DNA of 63,640 nt from Victivallales bacterium (lineage in GTDB: Bacteria > Verrucomicrobiota > Lentisphaeria > Victivallales > UBA1829), in NCBI GenBank assembly GCA_045114455.1, contig JBGUKN010000053.1, positions 1 through 63,640 of the forward strand. Direction: 5' to 3'. Position 1 is the first letter of the stretch. Every line of letters starts with the position of its first letter. The translations under genes and the position numbers were made by a program. The notes under the pieces were generated by a model, which saw only the letters and a list, made by a program, of their open reading frames with translations, had not been told where the DNA came from and did no database searches. Shown here in pieces: positions 49,907 through 59,684 of the stretch.

Positions 49907-52426
49907 CTATTTCCGTTCACGGCGTTCGGGATACTTCTCCAGGATCTCCGTCCAGTATTCCTTCATGGAGGCATCGAACTCCGCCCGGTCGGCATCGGTC
50001 CAGATGGCCGCATCCCAGCGCAGGCGTTCCGCGAGCTTTTCGTTCGTCTTCAGGTTGTCCCGGACATACCGGTAGAACGCAAGCCGAAGGAGCGGCATCG
50101 AGGCAAGCCCGTAGGACGTATCCGGCGCGGCGAAATACCAGTCGTAAAATGATCTGGCGAGACCAGCAAGTTCATCCGTTCCGCAGTCGTACCACCGCGG
50201 CGCGCGGTAATCCCCCTGTTCCGGGATGCGCTCCTCCTCCTCCGTTAACTCGCGTACGTCCTGCGGCTCGAACAGGCGGTCCAGGAAGATGCCGTTCAGG
50301 ATCACGTTCAGGGAGCCGTAGCGGACGAGCCGCACCCGGAAACAGGCGCCGCCTTCCCACGGCAGCATCTTCCCGCTGCGCAGGGCAAAGCTTTTGTACA
50401 CGCCGCCACTGGCGAAATCCGCCACGCGCGCCGTGCAGAGCGGCTTTTTCTTCATGCAGTCGGCGGGGTTTTCCCCCTGTTTGGACTCGTAGACCTCGAT
50501 GATGTAGTCGCGCTCCACGTTGTTGCCGATCCGCCCGTTCGAGTTGAAGAAATACAACGAAAGCCGGTAGATCTCCTCCGGCGCCATGATGAGCGTCAGC
50601 CACAGGTCCGGCCCCTCGAACGTCCGCGGATACTCCTCGCCGTTGTCGTTCCACTCCGACTGCGTCCTGTGGCCGTACTCCATCTGGAGCAGGACGTCGC
50701 GGTTGTTGTCCGCCTCCTCCCAGTCCACCCAGCGCCGCATGGAATCGCTCCGGAACTTGTGAGGGCCGATCCCGCCGTTGACCGTGATCTGATCATTGAT
50801 CATGCCGCCATCCCAGGAACCGCGGGAACCCAGCGGGGTGTTCATCGCGCAGAGCACCTGCCGCCGTGCGCCGTAGCGGCCGCACCAGTCGCCCTTCGTG
50901 ACCCAGTCTTCGCCGATGTACTGTGCCCATGCCTCCGCCCTGTCGTCGGGCAGCAGGTCGTACCGTTGGAAATCCTGAAGGACCGAAACGGGGTCGACGC
51001 CTTTGTACGACGGATGCTTCGCGACCGCTTCCGGCACGGACGCCGGCGGATCGGGCACGGCTCCGCGGCAGAGCTTCACCAGTCCGCCTCCGTACGTCGC
51101 GGCGAACACGCGTCCGTCGGGGAGTTCCGCGAATCCGCGCACGGGCTGCTTGATCTCCGGCATGTGGTAAACGATCTCCACGACCTGCGGATTGTCCGGG
51201 TCCTTCCACTCGATCCCGCGGACGGCGCGCTTCGGGTCTTCCGGGCGCCGCAGCTCGACGCCCTTCGTGCGATGGCCGATCCACAGGCCGTTTTTCCCGT
51301 AATAAACGCAGGTCACATAGCTTTCCTTCAGCGGGCCGTAATCGGGGTCCTCTTCTCCGTAGAAGATGATCTCCTCTTCCTCCTCTTCCTCCTCGAACTC
51401 GTCGTCTTCCCCGCCTTCGTAGACAATCCTGCCGGTCGACGGACCGGACTTCTTCCTGTCCGCTTTCAGCTCCTCGTCGATCAGCTCCTTCCGGTATGCG
51501 TTCTCGATCTTCTCATTCAGGTCGCGCCCCTGCAGGAACCGGAACGTCCGGTCCTTGCCGTAGCTGATTCCGTTCAGGCCCGCGATGCAGACCTGTCCCG
51601 ATCCGTCGACGCCGATATCATTGCAGAAATTCGAGCTCAGGCCGTCTCCTTCCGCCGTCAGCGGATAGAACGCCGCGCGTTCCCGTCCCCATGTGTCGGG
51701 TGCGGTCACGCGACGCGCTCTCCGCACGTTTCCTCCGAGGTCGAGCTGGAAATACCCGCCGGATTCCATCGCGCAGTGCAGCCTGCCGCCCTTTTCGAAG
51801 CAGACGCCGCGCACGCCGCCGGACGGAAGCCCGTTCAGCGCCGTGTAGTCGCGCCAGCTGTCGTCCCGCGAATCGTACACGCTCACGCCGTATTCGTGCG
51901 CCACCGCGGTCAGCCCGGTCTCCGAGCTCGCCAGATCGTGAACGTGGCTTCCGCTCAGGACCGTGTCCCGGTCGTACCGCTGCCATTTCCCGCCGCAGAA
52001 CACCTGCACGCCCATGCTCGCCGTGCCGACCCAGATCCGCCCCAGCGAATCCTCGCAGACCGCCGTGCAGTTGTTCGTCTTCGGGAACCCCGGCAGAGCG
52101 CGCATGTCTTCCCACTCCTTATCCTTTTCCGGGTCGCGCAGACGGAAAACGCCGCCCGCTTCCGCAGTGACCCACAGGTCGCCCGCGCGCGTCAGGCAGA
52201 CGTCCGTCAGGAATCTCGCCGGTTTGGCGAGAACGGGAACGGCGGGAACATCCGCCCGGGCCTGTTCCGTTCCGGTCTGAGCCGTTTCCGTCCCGGACGG
52301 GGCCGCCGGACCGTCTTTTTCAGGGGAAAAGCAGCTTAAAAGGACAGCCGCGACGAGAAAGGAGAGCAGCAGAGCCCCCGCGAAGTGTTTCATTCGAACC
52401 GGATTCCGTTTGTCGGATTGCATCAT
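49907..52426 (-). CDS. Secreted protein: two-component-regulator-type beta-propeller plus unassigned C-terminal domain
   Basis: Hydrophobic N-terminus; EDSLGRIWVGT, YTALNGLPSGGV, GLSSNFC, GLWIGH repeats; C-terminal EDWVTKGDWCGRYG domain. Start uncertain (52393 or 52426). Confidence 0.72.
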   Translation of the reverse strand: MMQSDKRNPVRMKHFAGALLLSFLVAAVLLSCFSPEKDGPAAPSGTETAQTGTEQARADVPAVPVLAKPARFLTDVCLTRAGDLWVTAEAGGVFRLRDPEKDKEWEDMRALPGFPKTNNCTAVCEDSLGRIWVGTASMGVQVFCGGKWQRYDRDTVLSGSHVHDLASSETGLTAVAHEYGVSVYDSRDDSWRDYTALNGLPSGGVRGVCFEKGGRLHCAMESGGYFQLDLGGNVRRARRVTAPDTWGRERAAFYPLTAEGDGLSSNFCNDIGVDGSGQVCIAGLNGISYGKDRTFRFLQGRDLNEKIENAYRKELIDEELKADRKKSGPSTGRIVYEGGEDDEFEEEEEEEEIIFYGEEDPDYGPLKESYVTCVYYGKNGLWIGHRTKGVELRRPEDPKRAVRGIEWKDPDNPQVVEIVYHMPEIKQPVRGFAELPDGRVFAATYGGGLVKLCRGAVPDPPASVPEAVAKHPSYKGVDPVSVLQDFQRYDLLPDDRAEAWAQYIGEDWVTKGDWCGRYGARRQVLCAMNTPLGSRGSWDGGMINDQITVNGGIGPHKFRSDSMRRWVDWEEADNNRDVLLQMEYGHRTQSEWNDNGEEYPRTFEGPDLWLTLIMAPEEIYRLSLYFFNSNGRIGNNVERDYIIEVYESKQGENPADCMKKKPLCTARVADFASGGVYKSFALRSGKMLPWEGGACFRVRLVRYGSLNVILNGIFLDRLFEPQDVRELTEEEERIPEQGDYRAPRWYDCGTDELAGLARSFYDWYFAAPDTSYGLASMPLLRLAFYRYVRDNLKTNEKLAERLRWDAAIWTDADRAEFDASMKEYWTEILEKYPERRERK

Positions 52427-52577
52427 GTTCTGGTCCCTTCCGGAGCATAAAAAAGTTATGTTGAACAGTATGATAAAGAATATATCACTTCTTTCCGCGA
52501 TTGCAAACGGAAAAATGATAAAAGAAAAATGGAAACGGCTCCCCCGCGGCATCGCCATTGCGCCCCCCCGGACAGGG

Positions 52578-53222
52578 TCACTCGCTTTCCAAACCCCATT
52601 TCTTCCTGGTCCGGACGACCAGCAGCAGTTTGGATTCCAGCGAAAAACACAGATAGGTTCTGGCATAATCCGGGTCGTCCCGGGTGACGAAATACCGGCA
52701 GTCCGCGCCCGGTGGCATTTTCGCGAGCTCCCGATAGACCTTGTCGATCTCCGCCGTGGAATCGTACACCTGACCCATCATTTTGTCGTTTTCCAGTTCG
52801 GGCGACTCCAGCGGGACGAACGTGAAATCCGGCACTTTTTTTTGCTCGATGTTGGAAACGACGTCCGCATCCGTCCGCACGAGCACATACGCTTTGGTGC
52901 TCCGGAACAGATTGTCGTCCATGGGGCCGAGCTTACGCACGACCAGTTCATACTGCTCCCCCGTCAGTTGCCCGACGAAATCGGGAACGGAACCGGGCTG
53001 TTCGGGAATCAATGCAAAGAAAACAAATAGGGACACTAGAGATAAACTGACCACGATGAACGGGATACTGAAAAGGAAGAAAAGCTTGTCGAAGCCGTTG
53101 TTCACCACATACCGCTTCGGCGCGGAGTTCGAAGGCGCGGCAGAAGAGGCCGACGCGCCGGGAGATGCAGGCGCGGCAGGCGCTTGATTCAGTTGTTTTT
53201 CCTGTTCATTCCGTTCCGTCAT
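52578..53222 (-). CDS. Hypothetical single-TM membrane protein
   Basis: Pro/Ala N-terminus, TM LFFLFSIPFIVVSLSLVSLFVFFAL; co-oriented in the operon. Confidence 0.6.
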   Translation of the reverse strand: MTERNEQEKQLNQAPAAPASPGASASSAAPSNSAPKRYVVNNGFDKLFFLFSIPFIVVSLSLVSLFVFFALIPEQPGSVPDFVGQLTGEQYELVVRKLGPMDDNLFRSTKAYVLVRTDADVVSNIEQKKVPDFTFVPLESPELENDKMMGQVYDSTAEIDKVYRELAKMPPGADCRYFVTRDDPDYARTYLCFSLESKLLLVVRTRKKWGLESE

Positions 53223-53258
53223 GGCAAGCTCGATTCCCCATTGTTTTCTTGATCAGGT

Positions 53259-53441
53259 TCAGTCGCGGAACGCGTCCCGGATCCAGTCGACGACCATTTC
53301 GATGTACTTGTCGAAGAGATTGCCGCAGCCGAGATGACGTGCGATCCGGTCCATAAAAAGATAGACGACAAGCAGGATGATGACGGTACACAGGATCCAC
53401 CTCCCGACCAGCTCGTAGAGATTCGCGATGAAATCAAGCAT
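53259..53441 (-). CDS. Small 60-aa membrane protein
   Basis: MLDFIANLYELVGRWILCTVIILLVVYLFMD...; fills the gap between co-oriented genes. Confidence 0.5.
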   Translation of the reverse strand: MLDFIANLYELVGRWILCTVIILLVVYLFMDRIARHLGCGNLFDKYIEMVVDWIRDAFRD

Positions 53442-53468
53442 AACAGCACCGGTTCATCATCGCAAGCC

Positions 53469-54176
53469 TCAGAATCGGTCCCAGTACCGGAGAACGCCGT
53501 CCAGGGTTCTGCATCGTGTGGCTTCATTCTTTCCTTCCGCCTCCACGAGCAGGAAATACTTCAGCCGCAGGAACTCGGGCGTCTTCCCGCAAACAAAAAG
53601 ATATCCCTCCGGGATGACGATGTAAACGCCGCTGTCGACGATCAGGACGGGCGAAGTTGCAGTCCGCTGGAAATAGACCTTCCGCACGTCGTCCAGCGTA
53701 AACGTCAGTTCCGGGTAAAACGCTGGCAGCCCGTGTTTCCCGCGGGTCAGCACGAAGTTGCATACGCGGAACGTTTTCGTCGCGGGGGCGATGGTGATGG
53801 ATCGCGCCCGTTTCCTGTAGTAGTCCACGAACCAGGAATAGATGATCCACACGACGCCCAGAGCGCAAATCACGCAGAACAGCAGAGCCATCAGTACATC
53901 GGTCGGGTCGAGCGGTCCCGAGAAAAAGAGCAGTTTGAACGGGATTGGGACGAGGACCGCCACGACTATCGGAAATACGATATACCCGAAGAAAATATCA
54001 TCAAAACACAGGGGAAATTTCAGGTTGATCGGCCTGTCGCCACCGTACAGCGAGGAATCCCCGACGGCGGCTGATTCCGATTCCGTCCGCGGCGCGCGGT
54101 CGTCGGCCGCGACGGGCTGTCCCGCCAGCGCGCCGTCGCCGCGAATCCGCACGATGTCCGATTTGCCGTCCTTCAT
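53469..54176 (-). CDS. Hypothetical two-TM membrane protein with C-terminal soluble domain
   Basis: Two hydrophobic segments; co-oriented, 28 nt after the large gene. Confidence 0.6.
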   Translation of the reverse strand: MKDGKSDIVRIRGDGALAGQPVAADDRAPRTESESAAVGDSSLYGGDRPINLKFPLCFDDIFFGYIVFPIVVAVLVPIPFKLLFFSGPLDPTDVLMALLFCVICALGVVWIIYSWFVDYYRKRARSITIAPATKTFRVCNFVLTRGKHGLPAFYPELTFTLDDVRKVYFQRTATSPVLIVDSGVYIVIPEGYLFVCGKTPEFLRLKYFLLVEAEGKNEATRCRTLDGVLRYWDRF

Positions 54177-54204
54177 ATTGCGAACTCTTCCGCCGGGCCG
54201 GGGC

Positions 54205-55010
54205 CTACTTGACCTTCTCGAAGAACACGGAGACGCGGTATTTGTCGCGGGACATCTCCGTATCGTTGATTTCCAGCTCCATTTTGTCCTGGGAATACTT
54301 GATCCCGATGATGTCGCGGCCGTTCATTTCGGCGACGTTCGTCGTGGCATAATCCGGGGTGAAGTCCAATGCAAACGGCTTGTTCAGGTTATCCCATGCC
54401 TTGCCGTTCACCGTGAGGTTTTCGGGCGGATCGTACGTCGAATGCCTGTAGACGATCCGGTTCCCGCTGAACGTGAACGTCCCGGCCCCGTCGAAAACGC
54501 CCTCAAGGACGATCGCCTTTTTGCCCTCTTCAACCGGTTTCGCGCCTGCCGGGTCGAAAGGAACGTCGTTCACGGTTTTCTGCGGATTGGAAGTCCCCGT
54601 GGCGCTGTCCAGCCTGATCCATTCCAGATCCGCCTGGTCCAGTTCGGTTTTGACTGCATCGAAAAACACTGACACGCGGTAGTCGTCCCGGGAAGGTTCC
54701 GAATCGAAAATGTACAGCTCCATCCTGTTCCTGAAATAGTCCAGCCGGATGTCGTTGCGGCCGTTCATTTCGGCGACGTTCGTCGTGGAATAATCCGGGA
54801 TGAAATCCAGCTCGAACGGTTTCTTCAGGTCGTTCCACGGTATCCCGTTCACCGTGACTTTTTCGGGCCGGTCGAACGCCGTGTGCCGGTAGACGACCCT
54901 GTCCCCCCGGAAGATGAACTGCCCTTCTCCGTCGAAGACACCCTCGAGGACGATCGCCTTTTTTCCCTCTTCGACCGGTTTCGCTTTCGCCGGGTCGAAC
55001 GAGACGGAAT
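54205..55010 (-). repeat. Intragenic tandem duplication (period about 441 bp, 147 aa)
   Basis: GCGGCCGTTCATTTCGGCGACGTTCGTCGTGG at about 54316 and 54757; FDPA.AKPVEEGKKAIVLEGVFDG twice. Confidence 0.85.
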
Positions 55011-58000
55011 TCACGGTTTTCACCGAGGTGGCGACCGGGATCAGGAGGCCGGCCGTGGGAGAAGCTTTCGCGGCTTCCTCCATCGCCGAGATCCGGGCGG
55101 GATCCGGGTCGAACATAAGAACGACCGTATTGATCGAGTTCAGATACTCTTCCTGTGCTGGCACGATGAGCAGTTCCGCGCAGTCCTTTCCGTCGCAGAC
55201 GGCCTGTGTCTCCCATTTCGCCACGCCGCTTGTCATCATGGCAAAACCGTGCGAATAATCGGGTACGAACGGAATGCGGAACGGTTTCGAGGGATCGCTC
55301 CACAGCTGTCCGTTGACCGTCACGGCGGCCGGGAACGGCCCGTAGAAGGATTCCATGGTCAGGGAGTCGCCCTTGAGGTTGAAGTAGAATTTGTGGCGGG
55401 AGTTGTATTCGATCACGAGGAGCTTTTTGTTGTCGGGCTTCCTCGCCTCGACGATCAGGGGATCGATCGCCAGCGGATTCGATATCACGGTGATCTCGTT
55501 TTCGGGATCGTCGCCTTCGCCCGTGATGTATTTCCAGCGTTTCTTCGCCTCGGCGTTGATCACTTTGCGGCATGCCACGGATTTGTCTTTTTCCAAAGCG
55601 GTGGACGGATGGTATCCGGCATAATATCTGGCACGGAGGAAGAAATGCGGCTCCGCGTCGACGTCGTATCCGTGGTCGAAGAAGAATTTCAGGCGGTCGC
55701 CGGACATCTTGTAGCAGGCGCATGCCCACGCGGGACCGGAATGGTTGGACTCCAGTTTCCAGTTCTCGGCGGCTTCGTCGGGCTCGCCCCACATGGCGGC
55801 AAGGTTGATCAGGGAATTCCGGATGGAGGAATCGGCCTTCGCCTCCTCGGAATCCGCCAGCGCAAGCAGCTGACGGCGCGCGACCGCGGGCGGGATTTCC
55901 TCCTTCAGGAAATTGAGCTCGATCCGCTGGAGGATCGGGGCGACCGCGCTTCGCCTCAGATCGAATGCCGCTTTCGGGTCCTCGAAGACCGGAGAGAGGG
56001 GATAATTGGTCTGAAACTTCTGCACGCTGTTGTCATACAGGAATTTCTCGAGTTCCTTCCCCTTGAACGTGATCTTGTCGAAGGCTTCGAGCGCCTCCCG
56101 GTAACGGACGCTGTTCAGGTAGAACAACGCCTGTTCGTAGCGGACCACGTTCTGGAAATAGACGTCGTCCGGACATTTCTTCAGCGCCCGTGCGAACAGG
56201 CGTTCCCCGCAATCCTGCACGACGGGATCCATGTAGAACGAGCGGAACGTGAGCGGCACGCCTTCCTCGTAGAACATGAAACTGCTGATATGATTGAACG
56301 AAGCGTGCGCGACGTCCGTTTTGGTCTCGTCCTGTTTCATGCCTTCCAGGAGCAGCTGCTTCATCTCGCGGATGGAGCCGCCCCAGCGGGGCATGAGGCA
56401 CCGGAGAAGGTAGGACAGATGGCCGGTGCTGTCCGGGATGAGCGCGATGCCTTTTTTGAAGTTGTCCATTTCCTGCTTGTGCGACCCGTGCCCCATGGCG
56501 GTCGTGATCTTCTTGAGGTACGCCAGATAATTCTGCGGATTGAGCTTGATGGAGCGGTCCAGATAGCGGTCGGCATCCTTCAGGTAATCATTGAACCCTT
56601 TCCATCCTTCTTCTGTGACCGACAGCGCCGTGCCGCCGCCCCGCGATTCCCAGGCCAGATTAATGGCCAGGTCGCCCCGCAGATACTCCGTCAGCCATTC
56701 CGGCGCGCCGTTTTTGGCGAGCGCGTCGATCTTCGCCCTCAGGTCGTAGTTCCGAACCGACAAGGGATAATCATTCGACCAGAAATCGCAGAAGAGGAAG
56801 GCGCTGTCCTCCGTGATCTTCGCCCTGTCGACCCAGATGGCAAAAGCCTGTTCCAGATACTGCTTTCTTCTCTTCTGATAACGCCCCCAGACAAACCGGC
56901 CGAGCACGGCATGGCCCACGATCACCCGGCTGAGCGTGCCGAACGGTTCCGCATCCACGAGTTGCTGGGCGTTGGGGAGTTCGGCGGCGGGATCGTTGAC
57001 GAAATAGAAGTCGCGGACTTGTGCGGCGACCCGGTCGAGGCGGGACACGTCGTTGAACTTGAATTTCTTCACCTCATCCGAATACAGGCGGCTCTGATCA
57101 TAGAGCATGCAGACCGCGTCGTACGAGACGTCCGGGTCCTCCTGCTTCAGAAGCCCCCAGAGGGCTTTCCGTTCTTTCTCATCCTCGCCCTTCCTGGTGA
57201 ACGGCGCTTTGTCGATGTTATCGTAGATGCCGGCAAACTCGTTTTCGTCCTCGTCCTCGAACTTCACGCCCATCAGTTTCAGCGACTTTGCCATGGATTT
57301 CCTTTCCGCGTCGGTCGCGGACGGCAGCAGAGTGCCGACTTCTTTCCGGATCAGCCATTTGCCGTCCTTGCGGACCAGGTCGAAATGGATTTGCTGGCGG
57401 CCAAGCGTCTGATCGCAGACCGTGACGTCCAGGGATGCGCTGTCTCCCTCAACCTTGCGGCTGTCCGGGACTACGGACATGGTCTGCATCGACAGCGCGG
57501 CATCCGACTTGGACGTTCTCTGATACTTTTCCATGAAGTATTTTTCCGTGTCTTTTCCCGCAAAGGATTTCAGGTACGCTGACAATGCTTTCCGGTCGAC
57601 GCCCTTTTCGGCTTCCTCGATCATAGGGGCAAAATAATCATATAACGAACCGCTCTTGAGCCCGCGTCCGACTGCGATAAAGTCGGCTTTCGTATGCGGT
57701 ATGCTGTCGTTGGTGTAAGTTTCGATGCCCGTATAATCGTCGGACAGGAAAGACTGCGCTTTCTCGAGATCCAGATTCGACTTGGCGCGCCAGAAATCCA
57801 CCAGAGTCTGTTCCGGGGAGTCGGCATCGTACTTTTTCTTCGCCATCGCTTTCGCATACGTTATTTCGAGTTCGGAGAGTTCGCGTCCCATCGTCGCAAC
57901 GGACTGAAGAGAGGACAAACGCCATTCCTTTCCGTTTTTGCGGAAAACCGCTTCGTAGGGGGCATGACAGATGGAAAGCTGAAGTCTTACGATCTCCTCC

Positions 58001-58542
58001 GTGGCTTCCAGAAGCTTCCGGTCTTCGGAGAGGTTAAGCACGTCGGATTTCAACATGAAAGAATGGACTTCATACAGGGAACGGCAGAGTTCCGCGAGCT
58101 GTCCGGGGAGTTTTTTCCTCGTCGCTGCCGGGATCGAAGAGAGGTTTTCCCTGATCTCGGCAAATTCCTCCCCGCCGTCCGGGAAACCGGACATGATGTC
58201 CAGCGCCTTTTTCAAGTTCTTGTCGCTGCTCTTCAGCAGTTTTTCCGCTTTTTGATACCCTTCGAAATCCCAGATGTTCAGCAGCAGAGGATCAGCCGTC
58301 GCCAGATCGATCGACTTGATCGCCTTCGGCCAGTCATCTGCCTTGACCGCCTTGCAGAAGTCGTCCAGGCACGATTCCGCCTCGCGTTCCGGCGTCCGGT
58401 CGGCAGCCGTACTCTCCGAGCAGCCGCAGAATGGCAGGACCGCGGAAAGACAGATCAGCAGCATGCCGATGAGGTTTGAGGCGGTTTTATGATTGGAAGA
58501 GGCGTTTCCCGTAACGGACCTGATCTTTCCGGACAGCATCAT
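54205..58542 (-). CDS. Large lipoprotein: NTF2-like N-terminal modules, DUF4034-like/TPR core, three C-terminal beta-rich repeats
   Basis: Lipobox-like FCG-C; LVRKDGKWLI/FRKNGKEWRL NTF2-like ends; AWESRGGG..V..EGW..F..YL..A and PRWGGS (DUF4034 hallmarks); repeats P..VTVNG..W..L..PF.LDF.PDY; AAGGAG RBS. Confidence 0.75.
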   Translation of the reverse strand: MMLSGKIRSVTGNASSNHKTASNLIGMLLICLSAVLPFCGCSESTAADRTPEREAESCLDDFCKAVKADDWPKAIKSIDLATADPLLLNIWDFEGYQKAEKLLKSSDKNLKKALDIMSGFPDGGEEFAEIRENLSSIPAATRKKLPGQLAELCRSLYEVHSFMLKSDVLNLSEDRKLLEATEEIVRLQLSICHAPYEAVFRKNGKEWRLSSLQSVATMGRELSELEITYAKAMAKKKYDADSPEQTLVDFWRAKSNLDLEKAQSFLSDDYTGIETYTNDSIPHTKADFIAVGRGLKSGSLYDYFAPMIEEAEKGVDRKALSAYLKSFAGKDTEKYFMEKYQRTSKSDAALSMQTMSVVPDSRKVEGDSASLDVTVCDQTLGRQQIHFDLVRKDGKWLIRKEVGTLLPSATDAERKSMAKSLKLMGVKFEDEDENEFAGIYDNIDKAPFTRKGEDEKERKALWGLLKQEDPDVSYDAVCMLYDQSRLYSDEVKKFKFNDVSRLDRVAAQVRDFYFVNDPAAELPNAQQLVDAEPFGTLSRVIVGHAVLGRFVWGRYQKRRKQYLEQAFAIWVDRAKITEDSAFLFCDFWSNDYPLSVRNYDLRAKIDALAKNGAPEWLTEYLRGDLAINLAWESRGGGTALSVTEEGWKGFNDYLKDADRYLDRSIKLNPQNYLAYLKKITTAMGHGSHKQEMDNFKKGIALIPDSTGHLSYLLRCLMPRWGGSIREMKQLLLEGMKQDETKTDVAHASFNHISSFMFYEEGVPLTFRSFYMDPVVQDCGERLFARALKKCPDDVYFQNVVRYEQALFYLNSVRYREALEAFDKITFKGKELEKFLYDNSVQKFQTNYPLSPVFEDPKAAFDLRRSAVAPILQRIELNFLKEEIPPAVARRQLLALADSEEAKADSSIRNSLINLAAMWGEPDEAAENWKLESNHSGPAWACACYKMSGDRLKFFFDHGYDVDAEPHFFLRARYYAGYHPSTALEKDKSVACRKVINAEAKKRWKYITGEGDDPENEITVISNPLAIDPLIVEARKPDNKKLLVIEYNSRHKFYFNLKGDSLTMESFYGPFPAAVTVNGQLWSDPSKPFRIPFVPDYSHGFAMMTSGVAKWETQAVCDGKDCAELLIVPAQEEYLNSINTVVLMFDPDPARISAMEEAAKASPTAGLLIPVATSVKTVNSVSFDPAKAKPVEEGKKAIVLEGVFDGEGQFIFRGDRVVYRHTAFDRPEKVTVNGIPWNDLKKPFELDFIPDYSTTNVAEMNGRNDIRLDYFRNRMELYIFDSEPSRDDYRVSVFFDAVKTELDQADLEWIRLDSATGTSNPQKTVNDVPFDPAGAKPVEEGKKAIVLEGVFDGAGTFTFSGNRIVYRHSTYDPPENLTVNGKAWDNLNKPFALDFTPDYATTNVAEMNGRDIIGIKYSQDKMELEINDTEMSRDKYRVSVFFEKVK

Positions 58543-58643
58543 GGTTGGCTCCTTGTGAAAAAAGCGTGAAAAAGTGAACTTGTCGGGGGCTCGCGGGCGG
58601 AACGGAGACCGCGATCATGCTTCCCGAACTTTTTTACGTTTTT

Positions 58644-58672
58644 ATTATACCACGTTTCAGACAAAAAAACAA
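58644..58672 (-). promoter_or_regulatory. Sigma70-type promoter of the large-lipoprotein operon
   Basis: TTGTTT-N17-TATAAT with TG extension. Confidence 0.65.
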
Positions 58673-58816
58673 GAGAAAAATGGATAAAAAAACGAGGAAA
58701 TCATTGATCGTCTTTCCCGGGGTGTTCCTGTCTACTTTTGTGTTAAACAGCATTCCAGCTCTTTCATGGTATTGCGGATGGAAGGTTTTGGGGTTCATTG
58801 TTGATGCGGACCGGGA

Positions 58817-59635
58817 TTATTCCACACCGAGGCGTTTTAGGGCGGCCTTAGACTTTTCATAGCCCTGAGCGGCGGCTTTGCGATACCATTTTCGTGCCTC
58901 CGTTAAGTCTTTCTCAACGCCTTCGCCTCTGGAATAGAGAACGCCGAGGTTGTGCTGTGCTTCGATATAACGGTCCCGTTCATTCACATGAACATCCGCC
59001 TCCGCGCGTTCGGCGATTTTTCGGAACCATTTTGCACCTTCCGCCGGGTCGATCACGTCATTGTCGATCCCTTTGCCGTCGGGGTTCTTAACGCCGGGAA
59101 GCCCCAGGAAGGTCAGACCGTCCGGCTCGTACCCTTCCACGCCGCCGTTGAGGTAATAACAGCCGAGCTGGAACTGTGCGCGGATCAGACCGTTTTCTCC
59201 GGCTTTGCGAAGCCATTTCACGGCTTCGGCCATGTCTTTTTCGACGCCGTTGCCGTCGGCATAGCATTCGGCAAGAAGATTCTGCGAATAAGGATCATCC
59301 TGTTCGGCGGCTTTGCGGATCCATTCGACGCACCTGGCCACATCCCGTTCGACGCCCACGCCGTTGAGGTAACAGATCCCGATGCTGTACTGAGCCGGAG
59401 CATACCCCTGTTCCGCGGCTTTCAGAAGCCATTCCGCGCCTTCAGCCTTGAACTTCTCACGGTACAGAAGAGAGAGACCGAGCTGGTATTGCGCCTCCAA
59501 ATCGCCCTGTTCCGCGGCAGCCCTGAGCGTGATCGCGTTTTCTGTGCTCGTTCTGCACCATGTGAACACCGCGACCGCCAGAACGACCGCGACAACAGCA
59601 AAGACAATGTTTCTGCTCGTTTTCTTACTCGACAT
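58817..59635 (-). CDS. Sel1-repeat protein, membrane-anchored/secreted
   Basis: AAEQGDLEAQYQLG, AEQGYAPAQYSIG.CYLNGVGVERD, AQHNLGVLYSRGEGVEKD. Confidence 0.92.
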   Translation of the reverse strand: MSSKKTSRNIVFAVVAVVLAVAVFTWCRTSTENAITLRAAAEQGDLEAQYQLGLSLLYREKFKAEGAEWLLKAAEQGYAPAQYSIGICYLNGVGVERDVARCVEWIRKAAEQDDPYSQNLLAECYADGNGVEKDMAEAVKWLRKAGENGLIRAQFQLGCYYLNGGVEGYEPDGLTFLGLPGVKNPDGKGIDNDVIDPAEGAKWFRKIAERAEADVHVNERDRYIEAQHNLGVLYSRGEGVEKDLTEARKWYRKAAAQGYEKSKAALKRLGVE

Positions 59636-59684
59636 ACTTACAGCCCTTTCATGGTGGTGCTGATGCAGGGTTTGAGGTTCTTTT

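Noticed and set aside
53219-53527. Alternative 102-aa Ser-rich ORF overlapping the 60-aa gene
   Set aside because: Low-complexity Ser/Thr composition typical of an off-frame reading, and it overlaps the upstream gene; the 60-aa TM frame is more plausible.
54205-55010. Possible diversity-generating retroelement TR/VR pair
   Set aside because: Both copies are in-frame coding domains, differences do not look adenine-restricted, and there is no reverse transcriptase in the window.
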